Notes: generated by a model from the letters alone, not told the origin. A DNA stretch of 64,000 nucleotides from Methanobacteriota archaeon (GCA_020696385.1 JAEHCQ010000005.1:40311-104310); one strand, 5' to 3'. Counted from the first letter of the stretch, positions 21,801 to 33,000 are shown. Numbers and translations are program-made.

Positions 21801-23048
21801 GCCTATCACGAATTCTCATGGGAGCATACGGTGGCAGGCGTCACATTGCCCGCCAGTGACAGGTTCTATGTGGAGATATGGCTGGATGCCTCAAGTGGCG
21901 CGGCAGGTCAGTCCGGGGAGACATTGAACCCGGACTTTACCGGAAGTGCCAGCAGCTGGACATATTATGATTGGGAAGATACAGGAGGAGGAGATTCTAC
22001 AGGAGCCTGGGCTGGCTCATATATCAATGTCAGACTGGATGATGCAAATACAGGAGGTTCATCCGAGCAGACATACTCAGGATACTGGGAGCAATCCTTC
22101 GACACTGGCACAGTTCCCAATTCAGCTTATATCGAGCTTGATTGGAGCTGTACGGAATTCGATGGTGGAACTGCGAACCTTATCGCATATGCCTTCATAG
22201 ATACCGCATCAGGCTTACCATCTGTCGGAACACAGGTCTGGAGCAGCGGCCAGATAACTGGAACTACTACATGGGCCTCAACTGCTCAGATCGATGTGAG
22301 CAGTGTGATGGGAACCGGCACCACTTATTATCTCAAGGTGGGTCTCAGAGATACAAATCTTGCAAAGAATGAGGGGCAGAGAGAGGTTGGCTTTGACAAT
22401 GTGAAAGTCGTTTACGGCACACCAGCGCCTGTCTTCACATTTGCTTTCGACCATCAAGCAACACCGTCCGGCATAGAGGCCGCCCTCACTTCCATAGGCG
22501 GCGGCATAACCTATGACATTGACCTTACTGGCATAGCCGCAGATACCTGGGTGATGGCATCCTTCCCGATATTTGCGACTGGAAACCCGACCACGATCAT
22601 CGATGATGCACTTCACGGGGACGCGAACACCACATGGGATATCATCATGTGGTATGATGCCAATGATACAGACCACTGGAAGTCATATGATAAGACGCAG
22701 GCAGCTGCCGGAATTCCACAGGATCTACTAACCATTGACAATCAATATGGATTCTGGATACACATCACGTCCAATTCAGGTGATGAGCTACTGTCCATCG
22801 GAACGGGCAATCAACCCGCAACATCCAGCATAATTCTGGAAGCTGGATGGAACCTTGTTGGATATCCATCCGCCACCCCAAGGCAGGCAGATGCAACACT
22901 GCCTGGCGAGGTAACTATGATCGCCTTCTACAACGATGCACAGGCATATTCTATACAGGAATTGCCACTTGCCTCGGTGACAATGGAAAGTGGAAATGCA
23001 TACTGGGTGTATTCGACAGTGATGGTGCAGTGGGATGTGGACTGGTAA
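18822..23048 (+). CDS. Secreted M14 zinc carboxypeptidase with multiple C-terminal beta-sandwich domains
   Basis: HHAREW, NPDG, RKN, GVDLNRNY, HTYSQ motifs; C-terminal GWNLVGYP. Confidence 0.88.
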   Translation: MTKILNNLIVLVISIVLLSSSLTFVGGLQPAEDITPAAEPESPGLDLFDPWPTFTGTTVYHSWDEAEAEMLQIALDHPDIVQLTSLTKTWENRDVWAFKISDNPTVEESDEPEVFFNSLHHAREWMTIEIALYAIHFLTDNYGINATVTDIVDNRQIWIIPVVNPDGRVIDSPGDDPADHTAQPYGWRKNARDNNGDMVFNEADDGVDLNRNYDWLWGSSGQQSDPTNYLYGGPTAFSEPESIAIRDLCIEHDFVFAVNYHTYSQLILYPWGWTFEDTEDHDLLVTVAWDLESRITNLAGSAHDGYVPEQGADLYPTSGGTDDWMYGNQGILSYTIEAYPYYDWGGGGPESSAAIQEPYDLFHPREDKVLPVCQDNLPAIIRLCEIADNPFQVMDHIEISTVDEELVIEKGTGDSTTIDLLNNGQGDGDYTITTSSIAGWSITPSPAANNILKDQTVQSTLSITVPGAATPGEYTIWVNVSMDTNSSCTDSCEVTVIVPYSDDVGVDSIYPFEEMGIYPMGEYLIDGTVKNYGEFQVPSFDTTCTITRFGGGTNYNLFSDDMESGMTQWVTEDWDGTLTNDYWHTVSSRSNSPSNSMFCGPATSGYTIYSNQFLTIADPIDLRDAETATLTYWTWHELVNDGYDADFCVVEGSVDGGHTWSFIDRYTGDDMTWRERTNDLTNFTGYPEFLLRYRFTSDNMDYGDTGFYFDDISIDAFIPGETVVFGPTIQTTSAPLDTQLTEDLQWQYNFDQSGTYRVSMETQYGADGNTANDLLDVIFDIGSTHLPDFTGVDDVINIGTGDQLDIYWSAANDPNLPITYSLYRFDNLPNEAEVNASSAIWTGTALSYSDNSVTAGETYFYIVRASDALGQEEWNMLAIDGTPSIQLLFQVQSPMAGFRDLNQDTFESSIQIATSPDITGPGQYQVGGADDHWLSEVYTNAQQMDGTWKFNIWGQMSNDMANSNLYARVYRYSDDGLLFQTVLDDEDTSAFAGAYHEFSWEHTVAGVTLPASDRFYVEIWLDASSGAAGQSGETLNPDFTGSASSWTYYDWEDTGGGDSTGAWAGSYINVRLDDANTGGSSEQTYSGYWEQSFDTGTVPNSAYIELDWSCTEFDGGTANLIAYAFIDTASGLPSVGTQVWSSGQITGTTTWASTAQIDVSSVMGTGTTYYLKVGLRDTNLAKNEGQREVGFDNVKVVYGTPAPVFTFAFDHQATPSGIEAALTSIGGGITYDIDLTGIAADTWVMASFPIFATGNPTTIIDDALHGDANTTWDIIMWYDANDTDHWKSYDKTQAAAGIPQDLLTIDNQYGFWIHITSNSGDELLSIGTGNQPATSSIILEAGWNLVGYPSATPRQADATLPGEVTMIAFYNDAQAYSIQELPLASVTMESGNAYWVYSTVMVQWDVDW

Positions 23049-23069
23049 TGCTAGCGATGAAGATATAGC

Positions 23070-23819
23070 TCAAACATTAATATGCTGACAATCGCCTGCT
23101 AAAACAATTTCAGTAGAACCATCTTCCAGCTCCAGAATAAGCGCGCCTTTATCATCAATGTCCTTCGCAGTACCAGCAAGCTCATCCATCTGCCTCAGTA
23201 TTAGGACCTTCTTGCCGAGGGTGTCGGCCATATCCCTCCACTCATTCAGTATCTCTTTGTCTTTACCTTCAAGAGCCATATTGTAAAAACGCTCCAGCTC
23301 GCAAATAAGCTGGATCTCCAATTGCTTGATCTCGGTCTGGCTGCCTTTTTCCTCGATGATAGAGGTGGATACCGGGCTGAACTCATAACCTTCTTGAACA
23401 TTATTATTGACATTGATGCCCATTCCGATGATGACCCAGCGATTATCCTCGTGTAATATCGACTCTGCCAGTATCCCGGACATCTTTTTCCCGTTTATCA
23501 TAACATCATTGGGCCATTTTAATCTGGCATCAAGGCCGGACACTGCATTCACTGCCCTTGCGACTGCACAGCCAGCCATCAATGGGAGAATACCGAGCTT
23601 ATCGCCTACAAGGCCGCCTTTCGGCTTGAGAGCCACCGACACCCAGAGTCCACCCTTGGGAGACTCCCAGACGCGCTCCAGACGTCCTTTACCACCCGTC
23701 TGGATTTCGGATATGACCAGGGTGCCTTCCTCCGCACCCTGGCCTATCAGCTCTTTGGCGTATTCATTGGTCGAACCAACCTCCTCGAGGCGCACAACTA
23801 TCTTGCCGATCTCGGTCAT
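23070..23819 (-). CDS. birA: Biotin-protein ligase without HTH domain
   Basis: STN, QTGGKGRLERVW, KWPND, GMGINV motifs. Confidence 0.93.
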   Translation of the reverse strand: MTEIGKIVVRLEEVGSTNEYAKELIGQGAEEGTLVISEIQTGGKGRLERVWESPKGGLWVSVALKPKGGLVGDKLGILPLMAGCAVARAVNAVSGLDARLKWPNDVMINGKKMSGILAESILHEDNRWVIIGMGINVNNNVQEGYEFSPVSTSIIEEKGSQTEIKQLEIQLICELERFYNMALEGKDKEILNEWRDMADTLGKKVLILRQMDELAGTAKDIDDKGALILELEDGSTEIVLAGDCQHINV

Positions 23820-23843
23820 GGAAAACCACCTTTCATTCAGATA

Positions 23844-24206
23844 CTATTTCTTTTTCTTCTCTTCTTTATTGAAGATACTGAATGTTCCTGGTGTGGAGAC
23901 AGTTATGAATATTGCTTCACTGGTTCCCTTGTTCTTAGCCCAATGTGTGTCATCCGAATGGTGGAAGAGCGTGTCCCCTTCCTGGAAGATGAACTTCTCA
24001 TCTCCAACATGGTATTCTAATTCTCCTTTTACCATAAATTTTATCTCTTTACCTTTGTGGGAAAAACCCTGGGTCTTGCATTGAGGTAGAATATGAGTGA
24101 CAGTGGCTTCCATCTTTTCCTTCATCACGATATTCCTGTAAAGCACACCTGTTCTCTTCTCATCCTTCAATGACTCCCCTTTCTTCATAAGTACTGTATT
24201 TGCCAT
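23844..24206 (-). CDS. Cupin-domain protein
   Basis: H.G.E...V.KGE...GD......HW cupin motifs. Confidence 0.75.
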   Translation of the reverse strand: MANTVLMKKGESLKDEKRTGVLYRNIVMKEKMEATVTHILPQCKTQGFSHKGKEIKFMVKGELEYHVGDEKFIFQEGDTLFHHSDDTHWAKNKGTSEAIFITVSTPGTFSIFNKEEKKKK

Positions 24207-24341
24207 AAAATCTTCACCTTGTATGTATATGGATGCCGAATTATTTAAATGTTAAGCATGCACGCCCTAATTTAGTGAGTGGTAAATATATTAAAATAAA
24301 TATAATGTTAAATAAATATTTATTAGATTATTATTTTAATC

Positions 24342-24452
24342 TCAGTAACGAGCCAGCGCCCTGGATCCACATTCGGGACATTTGCCCATGCCACTGATGT
24401 ATTCCTTCCAATTATTGCGCATCCATGTATGTTTACATTTTAGACATTTCAT
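24342..24452 (-). CDS. 36-aa zinc-ribbon microprotein (below the ORF-track cutoff)
   Basis: MKCLKCKHTWMRNNWKEYISGMGKCPECGSRALARY*; TATA-like TTATATA upstream. Confidence 0.7.
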   Translation of the reverse strand: MKCLKCKHTWMRNNWKEYISGMGKCPECGSRALARY

Positions 24453-24517
24453 AGTATCATATTCAAAGTTATGTATATTCTTATATATAAGGATGGCTTG
24501 GGAATTCCCAGATGTAC

Positions 24518-24596
24518 CCACTGATGTATTCCTTCCAATTATTGCGCATCCATGTGTGTTTACATTTTAGACATTTCATAGTATCATATTCAAAGT
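24518..24596 (-). repeat. Orphan 5'-end copy of the zinc-ribbon microprotein gene
   Basis: 79 bp matching 24391-24469 with one synonymous mismatch (CAC/CAT). Confidence 0.95.
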
Positions 24597-24605
24597 AAAA
24601 TTTAT

Positions 24606-24629
24606 GAAAGGCCAGTTATCTGGCCTTTC
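24606..24629 (-). terminator. Hairpin after pycA
   Basis: GAAAGGCCAG-TTAT-CTGGCCTTTC. Confidence 0.55.
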
Positions 24630-24648
24630 ATATTATTCATGGTATAGA

Positions 24649-26094
24649 TCATCCCTGGCTTGCAGCTATCACAGTCTGAACAGCGGCCATTGCGGCGGCA
24701 GTTTTCTTATTGCCACCCTGTGCCCGCTTTTCTTCCATGTACTTGGCCACCTTAGCCATGATGTCATTGTTCTCGATATAGCTGGTATTATAGATACCGG
24801 CTTTGAACACTGGGTCATTCATGACGACCTCGTGGAATGGTATATTCGTTTTCATTCCACCTATCTGGTATTCCCAAAGTGCGCGCTTCATCCTCTCGAT
24901 AGCACGTGGGCGATCTTCTGCCCAAACAATTAGCTTGGCTGCCATTGAATCGTAGTATGGTGGGAAATCCAATCCCTGATAGACACCGGAGTCCACCCTA
25001 ACACCTGGCCCTGATGGCTCGGCGTATTTGACGATCTTGCCAGGTGATGGCATGAAGCCATTCGCTGGATCTTCAGCATTTATACGGCATTCTATGGAAT
25101 GACCCCTGCATATGATATCAGATTGCTCGTATTCCAGCTCCAGACCTGAAGCAACTCTCAGTTGTTCCCTGGCCAGGTCCACACCTGTTATCATCTCGGT
25201 TATAGGATGCTCGACCTGAAGCCTTGTGTTCATTTCCAGGAAGTAGAATTGTCCATCCTTGTACATGAACTCACAAGTTCCTGCATTCCAATATCCTGCG
25301 GTCTTGGCGGCCAGAACTGCCTGCTTCCCCATTTCCTCGCGTATTTCCTCAGATATCGCCTGGCTGGGGGTTTCCTCAATGAGCTTCTGGTTCCTTCTCT
25401 GGACACTGCATTCTCTGTCAAGGACATGGATGATATTACCTTGTTTGTCTCCGATCACCTGGAATTCAACGTGATGAGGCTCGTGAATGTATTTCTCGAT
25501 AAATACAGAATCATCCCCGAAAGAGCTTTTTGCCAGTCTTCTGACCTTTGCCAGCTCTTCTTCAATGTCCTCTGCTCGATCCACTCTGACTATACCGATC
25601 CCTCCGCCGCCAGCACTTGCCTTGAGCATCAATGGGAATCCGATCTCATGGGCTATATCCAATGCCTTTTGATGGTCGGTTATAGCCTCGGTGACACCTG
25701 CCACCACGCTAACACCTGCCTTGATCATACTCTTTTTTGAATCTATCTTCGAGCACATGAGTTCCATGGATGGCACTGGAGGTCCAATGAATTCGATATT
25801 GTTCTTCGCACACATGGTGGCGAATTCAAAATCCTCGGCCATGAAACCATAGCCAGGGTGAATACCATCGGCCCCTGTGTCGAGTGCGGCCTGGATTATC
25901 TTATCCTTGACAAGGTAGCTCTGAGCTGCTGGTGCAGGCCCTATGTGAACCTTCTCATCAGCGTATCTTGTAAAAAGAGCTGACTTGTCTGCATCGGAGT
26001 AAACTGCAACTGTTGGTATACCCAATTCCTTGCAGGCCCTCATTATCCTTATCGCTATTTCTCCTCGGTTCGCGATGAGTACTTTGCTGAGCAT
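24649..26094 (-). CDS. pycA: Pyruvate carboxylase subunit A (biotin carboxylase)
   Basis: IANRGEIA, HPGYGF, GGGGIG, EMNTRLQVEH motifs. Confidence 0.9.
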   Translation of the reverse strand: MLSKVLIANRGEIAIRIMRACKELGIPTVAVYSDADKSALFTRYADEKVHIGPAPAAQSYLVKDKIIQAALDTGADGIHPGYGFMAEDFEFATMCAKNNIEFIGPPVPSMELMCSKIDSKKSMIKAGVSVVAGVTEAITDHQKALDIAHEIGFPLMLKASAGGGGIGIVRVDRAEDIEEELAKVRRLAKSSFGDDSVFIEKYIHEPHHVEFQVIGDKQGNIIHVLDRECSVQRRNQKLIEETPSQAISEEIREEMGKQAVLAAKTAGYWNAGTCEFMYKDGQFYFLEMNTRLQVEHPITEMITGVDLAREQLRVASGLELEYEQSDIICRGHSIECRINAEDPANGFMPSPGKIVKYAEPSGPGVRVDSGVYQGLDFPPYYDSMAAKLIVWAEDRPRAIERMKRALWEYQIGGMKTNIPFHEVVMNDPVFKAGIYNTSYIENNDIMAKVAKYMEEKRAQGGNKKTAAAMAAVQTVIAASQG

Positions 26095-26103
26095 GTGGCT
26101 CCC

Positions 26104-27945
26104 TCACTCGATTCTCATCATGACATCGCCAGTTTTGACCATGTCACCTTCATTGGCGTAGATCTCTTTGACCTCACCATCGAAGTCCGATTCGATATTA
26201 GATTCCATTTTCATGACCTCGAGGATAGCGACAACATCGCCCTTCTTGACCTTGTCACCGACCTTGACGGTCAGCTTCCAGAGATTTCCCTGGCATCCAG
26301 TCTTCTGCATTCCGATTGCATTTGGATCAGGTCCGCCTGTTGCACATGGTGCTCCAGCGGCTCCACCAGCAGATGTGACGTAACCGCCTGTTGGCTCAAC
26401 CTTTACCTCAAAGAAGTCTCCGTCAACCTCGACATTGAACTCGGTTGGGATAGGTGCTGGTCCTGCGACAGTTCTTGCCTCTGGTGGTTCGGTCTCAAGG
26501 TAAACAGCTGGCAATTCGGGGAAGAAGGACTTCACCATGGCTCTGGTAGCATCATGATCCTTGTTGAGTGGAAGCTGGTCTGATGTGAATTCTGGTATAG
26601 CCTCACCCTTCAGGAATTTGAGCCCAACTTCAGGGAACAAAGTGTATGTCATTATGTTCTCGTCGGTCATATCGATACTTGGAGCAAGCTCTGCCAGTTC
26701 TTTCTTTCTGATATCCCACATGTCCTTTGCCACAAGGTCTGCCGGCCTGCAATCGATTACCTGATCTTTCCAATCAGGTCCGAGAACCAATTCCATGATC
26801 TCTGGTTTTATTGGTGCTGGTGATTTGCCATACATACCCTTACAGTAATCGATTGTCTCCTTGGGTATTTTCTTATATCTTCCGAAAAGAACGTTCATAA
26901 CAGACTGGACTCCAACAACCTGACTCGTTGGTGTAACAAGTGGTGGGTATCCCATTTCCTCACGTACGCGGGCTGTTTCATCAAGAACATCATAATATTT
27001 GTCAGTCGCACCCTGCATTTCCAGCTGGCTGACCAGATTGGAAAGCATTCCACCTGGTATCTGATGTACCATAACGGATGGATCGACCTTCATAGCTTCC
27101 TGGCGTATCAGATGTCTGTATTTGTGCCAGATCTCCATGAAATATTTTCTGATCTCGATAAGCTGGTGCATATCGTATCCGGTGTCATATTTTGTGCCTT
27201 TAAGTGCAGCCACAACACTCTCTGTTGGAACTCCACCTGTCCCGCCAGATATAGGTGACATGGACGTGTCGAGCACATCGACGCCTGCCTCACAGGCTGC
27301 CCAATATGCCATACCAGTCATTCCACTGGTGTAATGGCTGTGCAGATCGATAGGAGCTTTTGCTCCAGAATCCTTGTAACCCTTGATTATATCATATGCA
27401 ACCTGTGGAGCTATCATTCCAGCCATGTCCTTTATACAAACACTCTGGCAACCCCATTTGTCAAGCTGAATAAGATCTTGAACATACCTCTCCACAGTGT
27501 GAACCGGAGAGATCGTGTAGCTGACACATCCCTGTGCGTGACCTCCGACCTCCAATGTGGCCTCTATCGGGGTCTTCATGTTCCTAAGATCGTTCAGAGC
27601 ATCGAATATACGGAAATAATCACATCCATTCTTCTTTGCCAATCCGATGAACTTATGAACTACCTCATCAGGGAAATTCCAATATGCCACGATATTCATG
27701 GCTCTCTCAAGCATCTGTAGTTTTGTATTTGGCATGGCCTCTCGGAGAGCTCTCAAGCGCTCCCAGGGATCCTCATTAAGGAACCTTATCGGAACATCAT
27801 ATGTTGCTCCGCCCCATACTTCCATGGACCAGAATCCTATCTCATCCATTTTCTGTGCTATTGGAAGCATGTCTTCCGTTCTCATTCTCGTTGCCAAAAT
27901 AGATTGGTGCGCATCCCTCAGTGTCTGATCGTGTAGTTGTACCAT
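26104..27945 (-). CDS. pycB: Pyruvate carboxylase subunit B (carboxyltransferase plus biotinyl domain)
   Basis: LRDAHQS, WGGATYD, IKDMAG, HSH, EVMKM motifs. Confidence 0.9.
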   Translation of the reverse strand: MVQLHDQTLRDAHQSILATRMRTEDMLPIAQKMDEIGFWSMEVWGGATYDVPIRFLNEDPWERLRALREAMPNTKLQMLERAMNIVAYWNFPDEVVHKFIGLAKKNGCDYFRIFDALNDLRNMKTPIEATLEVGGHAQGCVSYTISPVHTVERYVQDLIQLDKWGCQSVCIKDMAGMIAPQVAYDIIKGYKDSGAKAPIDLHSHYTSGMTGMAYWAACEAGVDVLDTSMSPISGGTGGVPTESVVAALKGTKYDTGYDMHQLIEIRKYFMEIWHKYRHLIRQEAMKVDPSVMVHQIPGGMLSNLVSQLEMQGATDKYYDVLDETARVREEMGYPPLVTPTSQVVGVQSVMNVLFGRYKKIPKETIDYCKGMYGKSPAPIKPEIMELVLGPDWKDQVIDCRPADLVAKDMWDIRKKELAELAPSIDMTDENIMTYTLFPEVGLKFLKGEAIPEFTSDQLPLNKDHDATRAMVKSFFPELPAVYLETEPPEARTVAGPAPIPTEFNVEVDGDFFEVKVEPTGGYVTSAGGAAGAPCATGGPDPNAIGMQKTGCQGNLWKLTVKVGDKVKKGDVVAILEVMKMESNIESDFDGEVKEIYANEGDMVKTGDVMMRIE

Positions 27946-28126
27946 ATTACATACCTTCAGGTCTATTGTAAGTCCCCTATGGGGACCTTTCTGAACAGGG
28001 GCGTATCCATCATTGTATGTTTAAGCTTTTCTGTAATTATAATTATATATATGTGTGTAAAAATTATATGCATTTATTTATCGCACCTATGAAAAAGAAT
28101 ATAATACATTAACTTATTACAGAGGA

Positions 28127-28585
28127 TTGGTGGTAAGTATCTCATCAGAGGAGGAGAATGCAATTTTATCGGAGAAGATAGAGGCAGATGACGATCAGTC
28201 ATTATGCCCCATGTGCGGAGCAGATCTATCGATAGATGCGATAGAATGTCCGGAATGTGGTGAACCATTTTCCCCAGAGGCTTTCCATAAAGACCCAGAA
28301 GCGGAAAAGAAAAAGAAGACCAATAAGAAAATGTTCATAACGGGCGTTATCTTGGTCCTGATAGGCGGCCCAGGGGTATCTTTTGGTTCATGGTTGCATG
28401 ATCTATTGCAGATCCCATTCCCATCAGGATACGATGCCTGGACTACCTTTGGATGGGTCAATAAAACAGTTGCCACTGTCGGAATTGTTATATTAGTGAT
28501 TGGTATTATACTGCTGATATTATCCATATCCAGGGAGAGGCCTGAGGATTTCGTAGAGGATCAAGAGCTCTACGGAGGAAACTAG
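28127..28585 (+). CDS. Zinc-ribbon plus 2-TM membrane protein
   Basis: CPMCG..CPECG followed by two TM helices. Confidence 0.75.
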   Translation: MVVSISSEEENAILSEKIEADDDQSLCPMCGADLSIDAIECPECGEPFSPEAFHKDPEAEKKKKTNKKMFITGVILVLIGGPGVSFGSWLHDLLQIPFPSGYDAWTTFGWVNKTVATVGIVILVIGIILLILSISRERPEDFVEDQELYGGN

Positions 28586-28621
28586 GGAGAGGTTATTATT
28601 CCAGAAGACGAGACGAGTGAA

Positions 28622-30046
28622 ATGGAATATGCATGTCCAGTGTGCGGTGCAGGTGTTAGCGGAGACGCTACAGAATGTGCTAGCTGTGGTGAGAGTTTTG
28701 CCACAAATGGTTACACAGACGAGATTGTCGCAAATGGCAATATCGGTGACGATACCACAGATGGCATTGACACGGACAGCATTGAGGGAGCAAGCGAGGA
28801 AGACTCTATGGCAGAGATATCTGCCATAGATGATGAGTTGGCTGAGCTTGAAGATGATTCTGAATTTTCAGAAGAGGTCACTGTAGAGGAGACCTCCGAG
28901 TTAGAGATCCTTCCTGCAGATGATATTGATGACCCAGATGAACTCTCCGTGGGCGACCAGGATGATCTTGAGATCCCGGAAGATGATGAGATAGCCCCTG
29001 ACGACCTGGGTGAGTTACCTGTAGACTATCTAGATAAGAATACCTGCGAGGGATGTGGAGCATCATTGGGTTCGGATGATGTCGCCTGTGAGAAATGTGG
29101 AGATGCAGTTGGTGAAGTTGCAGAAGGTGATGTATGTCCCAGCTGTGGCAGCAAGGACTACACACTCCAGAAGGGTGATCTAGTATCCTGCGATAATTGT
29201 GGTAATGTTTATATTCATGAGAACAAAATAGATGGCCCAGACAATAGCTGGAAATGGAAGTTCTGGGGAGGACTTATTCTCATTCTGGTCGGGGACTTTG
29301 GATTTGCCCTGGCATCATATTTGCATAATGCTCTCAGATGGTCACCATTGGGTGACATGTATCTGGGATACGGATGGATGGACTCCATGCTCGGAGGATT
29401 AGGTGTGGTCATATTCATAGTAGGACTTGTATTATTTGCCTGGTCCTTCAAAAGGGACAGAGAGGTCGATTGCCCAAGTTGTGGCGTCCACATAAAAGAG
29501 AGTGATCTTCTCCCAATACCAGACGAGGATGAGATCGAGCCAGAGGACGAGATTAAACTATCAGATGTGATGGGCGAGATAGAGGATGTCGCGGAATGCC
29601 CACAGTGTGGAGCACCTTCCACGATATTTGATATCGAATGCAGTGATTGTGGAGCTTTATTCGACACTGAAGAATTCGATGAGGATATAATCGAAGATGA
29701 ATTCATGGAAGATGAGTTCACAGATGACGTAATTTCTGAAACTATAATAGAAGAAGAAGTTGTAGAAGAAGAAATTGCAGAGATCGAGGAATTAACAGAA
29801 GAGCAGATGATAATTGACAGCCTGGAGCTCAAAGATGATTCCGCTCTGGAACCGGAAACGGAAATTCCACTCAATGGGAAAAGCCAAGAGGTCCTTGAGG
29901 AAATGGAATCCGAGCTTGAATTAGATGAAGATGGACTTGACCTTGGCGAGGACTCAGGATATGAATGTCCTGAATGCAGTTCCGTAATTGACAAAGGCGC
30001 GAAAGAGTGTCCAGTATGTGGTAATTCAATGGCAGGAGGTGAATGA
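28622..30046 (+). CDS. Acidic multi-zinc-ribbon 2-TM membrane protein
   Basis: Five paired CxxC ribbons plus one lone CPSCG; D/E-rich linkers. Confidence 0.8.
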   Translation: MEYACPVCGAGVSGDATECASCGESFATNGYTDEIVANGNIGDDTTDGIDTDSIEGASEEDSMAEISAIDDELAELEDDSEFSEEVTVEETSELEILPADDIDDPDELSVGDQDDLEIPEDDEIAPDDLGELPVDYLDKNTCEGCGASLGSDDVACEKCGDAVGEVAEGDVCPSCGSKDYTLQKGDLVSCDNCGNVYIHENKIDGPDNSWKWKFWGGLILILVGDFGFALASYLHNALRWSPLGDMYLGYGWMDSMLGGLGVVIFIVGLVLFAWSFKRDREVDCPSCGVHIKESDLLPIPDEDEIEPEDEIKLSDVMGEIEDVAECPQCGAPSTIFDIECSDCGALFDTEEFDEDIIEDEFMEDEFTDDVISETIIEEEVVEEEIAEIEELTEEQMIIDSLELKDDSALEPETEIPLNGKSQEVLEEMESELELDEDGLDLGEDSGYECPECSSVIDKGAKECPVCGNSMAGGE

Positions 30047-33000
30047 TCATGGCTGGAGAAATGGAATCAAAGACATGCCCAGCATGTGGAGCCTTTGTTG
30101 ACCAACACGACTCATCATGTTCAATTTGTGGTGCTGCAATAGAGGAAGTATTTGATGCACCAGATGCTATTATAGAGCCAATACAGGATGAGATAGAATG
30201 CCCATCTTGCGGTGCTCATATAGCTGCTGGTTCAGAGAACTGTCCCATATGCGGAGATGACATTGACATAGTGATAGAAGAGGTCAAGGTAGAGGATGAG
30301 CCAGAGGAAGTTCATAATGAATGTCCTGAGTGTGGGGCATTGCAGGAAAATGGCTCGGACGAGTGTTTCCTATGCGGCGCAGAGATCCCAACAGTTCCTG
30401 TCGAGATCGATGAACCTATAGAGGAAGAAACTCCAGATACGGAAGCTCCTGGAGAGTCTCCGGAACTGGATGTACCAGAAGAAGCAGAGCCTGCCGAGGC
30501 GGAGATACTGGAAGACGTGCCGGAAGAAGCACCACAGGAAGAACACAATGAGTGTCCAGAGTGTGGAGCATTGCAGGAAAATGGTTCCGATGAATGCTTC
30601 CTGTGTGGTGCAGCCATTATCAAAACAGTTTCAATTTCAACAGAAGAAACAATAGAAGTTACTACAGAAGCAGAAATAGCTCCTGAAGAAGAGCTATTGG
30701 AAGAGGGTATCCCAGAGGAAGAGCCAGAAATAGAAATCGAAGAGGAAGCTCCTGTGGATATCGAGGAAACTGTAGAACCTGAGCCAGTAGAGGCAAAGAT
30801 GGAAGAACCAGTTGAGGAAGAAGTTATGGAAACCGAGACCATAACAGAACCCACAGAGGAAGTTCATATTGAATGCCACGACTGCGGAGCTTCACTTGAT
30901 ACAGATGCGAAAGATTGTTTCCTATGCGGCACAGTGGTTATCGCGGACGGAGGAGACGCTCTGGTTGAAGAAGCAGAGCCAGACATCATTGAGGAAGAGA
31001 CCTTGGAAGAAGTTGAGACCATAGAGGAAGTCATTACAATTGAAGAGGAAACAATTGAAGAGGTCTTCATAGAATCAAATGACGACCTTCCACCGCTCGA
31101 GGCAGCCCCACCAGAGGATATCAGCGAGGAGGTCGAAGAGGTTGTGGACGATATCATCGAAGAAGAGGTTTCACAGCTTGCAGAGGATGAGATGCACTGT
31201 CCATCATGTTCAAGTATTATCAAAAAGGACAATGAGAAATGTACAGAATGTTGGACCGATCTCTCATTGTATATCAATTGCGGATCATGTGATTGCCCAC
31301 TGCCAGTGGATTCCGAAACATGTCCAAATTGTTTCGCAGTGATCGAGCTTATCATCGAAGAGGAAGTTGTGGATGAATATACCCTGGAGCCCATGGAAGA
31401 AGTGGATGCTCTCATGGACATTGACCTGGATGAGACCGAGGTCACAGCCGAACTGGAACAAGAGATGTCTATTCTGGACCAGGAAGATGAGGATGACAAA
31501 GAATGTCTTGTCTGTGGAGCTCATTTCGGCCCGGATGATGATGAGTATTGCCCGATATGTGGTGTCGAGTATGGTATTGAGATAGCCGAGGAGATAGAAC
31601 CCGAGAAGGAATGGGATGGACTCGAAGCACTTGTGCAGCCAACAGCATATATCTGCCCAAGTTGTGGCGAGAAGGTCATTGGTCTTGATCGAACACCAAG
31701 AAAGGTAGAGGAAGAGACCTGGTTCTACAGAGGGATCATTACCATATTCATTGGAATATTCGCTACTTCATTTTCAGTATGGCTAAGAGGAATTGCCATG
31801 GAAAGCCAGGCGACTGGCGTAAGAGCGCCGCCTTTTGATATTGTCGCAGGCCTTGCGGGATGGGTATTGGTGCTTATCGGATTCACCTTCTGGTTCATAT
31901 CATACAGGATCGGCCAGGAGCTCATAGAATGCCCACAATGCAGTATCGAGGTCACACAGGATATGACCAACTGTATAAACTGCAACCTCACTCTGATCGA
32001 GCCTGAGGAAGGAGAGGATATCGAGCAGGAAGAAGAGAGAGAAGAATCCCTGCCAGAAGATGCTGACATGGAGGCCTTCACGGAACAGATCCTTGCAGAT
32101 GAGGAATTCGAGGAAGAGATCATTGAGGAAGTGGAGCCAGAGCCAGCTATAGAGTTCACAGAAGAAGATGATCTTGACGTCATAGAGGATGAACTTGGAC
32201 TCGACCTTCCCGAGGAATTGGGCGATGAGCCTGAACTCGAAGAACCTGAAGATCTGGAGATCCCTGAAGAGGTAGAGCCTGAAATGGAAATTGAAGAAGA
32301 ACCATTGATGGAAGAAGCTACACTTGATGAGGACATTCCAATTGAAGAGCCTTTGGCAGAAGAGCCAGAGATCACGATAGATGAACCGCTTACAGAGGAT
32401 GATCTGTCTGCTTCTTTCGAGGTAGATGAGCCAATTGAGGCTGAGCCTGAAATGGAAATTGAAGATGAAGCTCCACTTGAAGCAGAAATTGCAGATATCG
32501 AGGAAGTTGTAGAACCAGAGCCAGTGGAGGCAGATATAGAAGAACCTGCCGAAGCCGAAGTTCTGGAAGCTGAGCCAGCCATCATGGAGGAACCTATCGA
32601 GACAGAGTCCATCATGGAGGACACAACAGAAGTTGAAGAGCACATCGAATGTGCAAGTTGTGGCGCATCCCTTGAAACTGGTTCAACAGACTGCTTCCTT
32701 TGTGGAGAGATCGTAGTTGCTGCAGCTCCAGAAACTGATGAATTACCTATCGAAGCAGATACTGACATCCCTGATGTGGATGACGATATGGGTGCAGAGC
32801 TTCCAACCGAGCATGAGGATCACAAGAAATGCCCAGGATGTGGAATATTCGTAGATCTGGATGCGGCAGAGTGTCCAGTATGTGACACACTATTCGATGA
32901 GGCTGATGTTCCACAGGAGAACGGCATTGAGGTTCCAGTCATCGAGGCAGAGCCCGATATGAGCATTGAGGAATCCGCCGTTGTAGAGGCAGAGGAAGAA

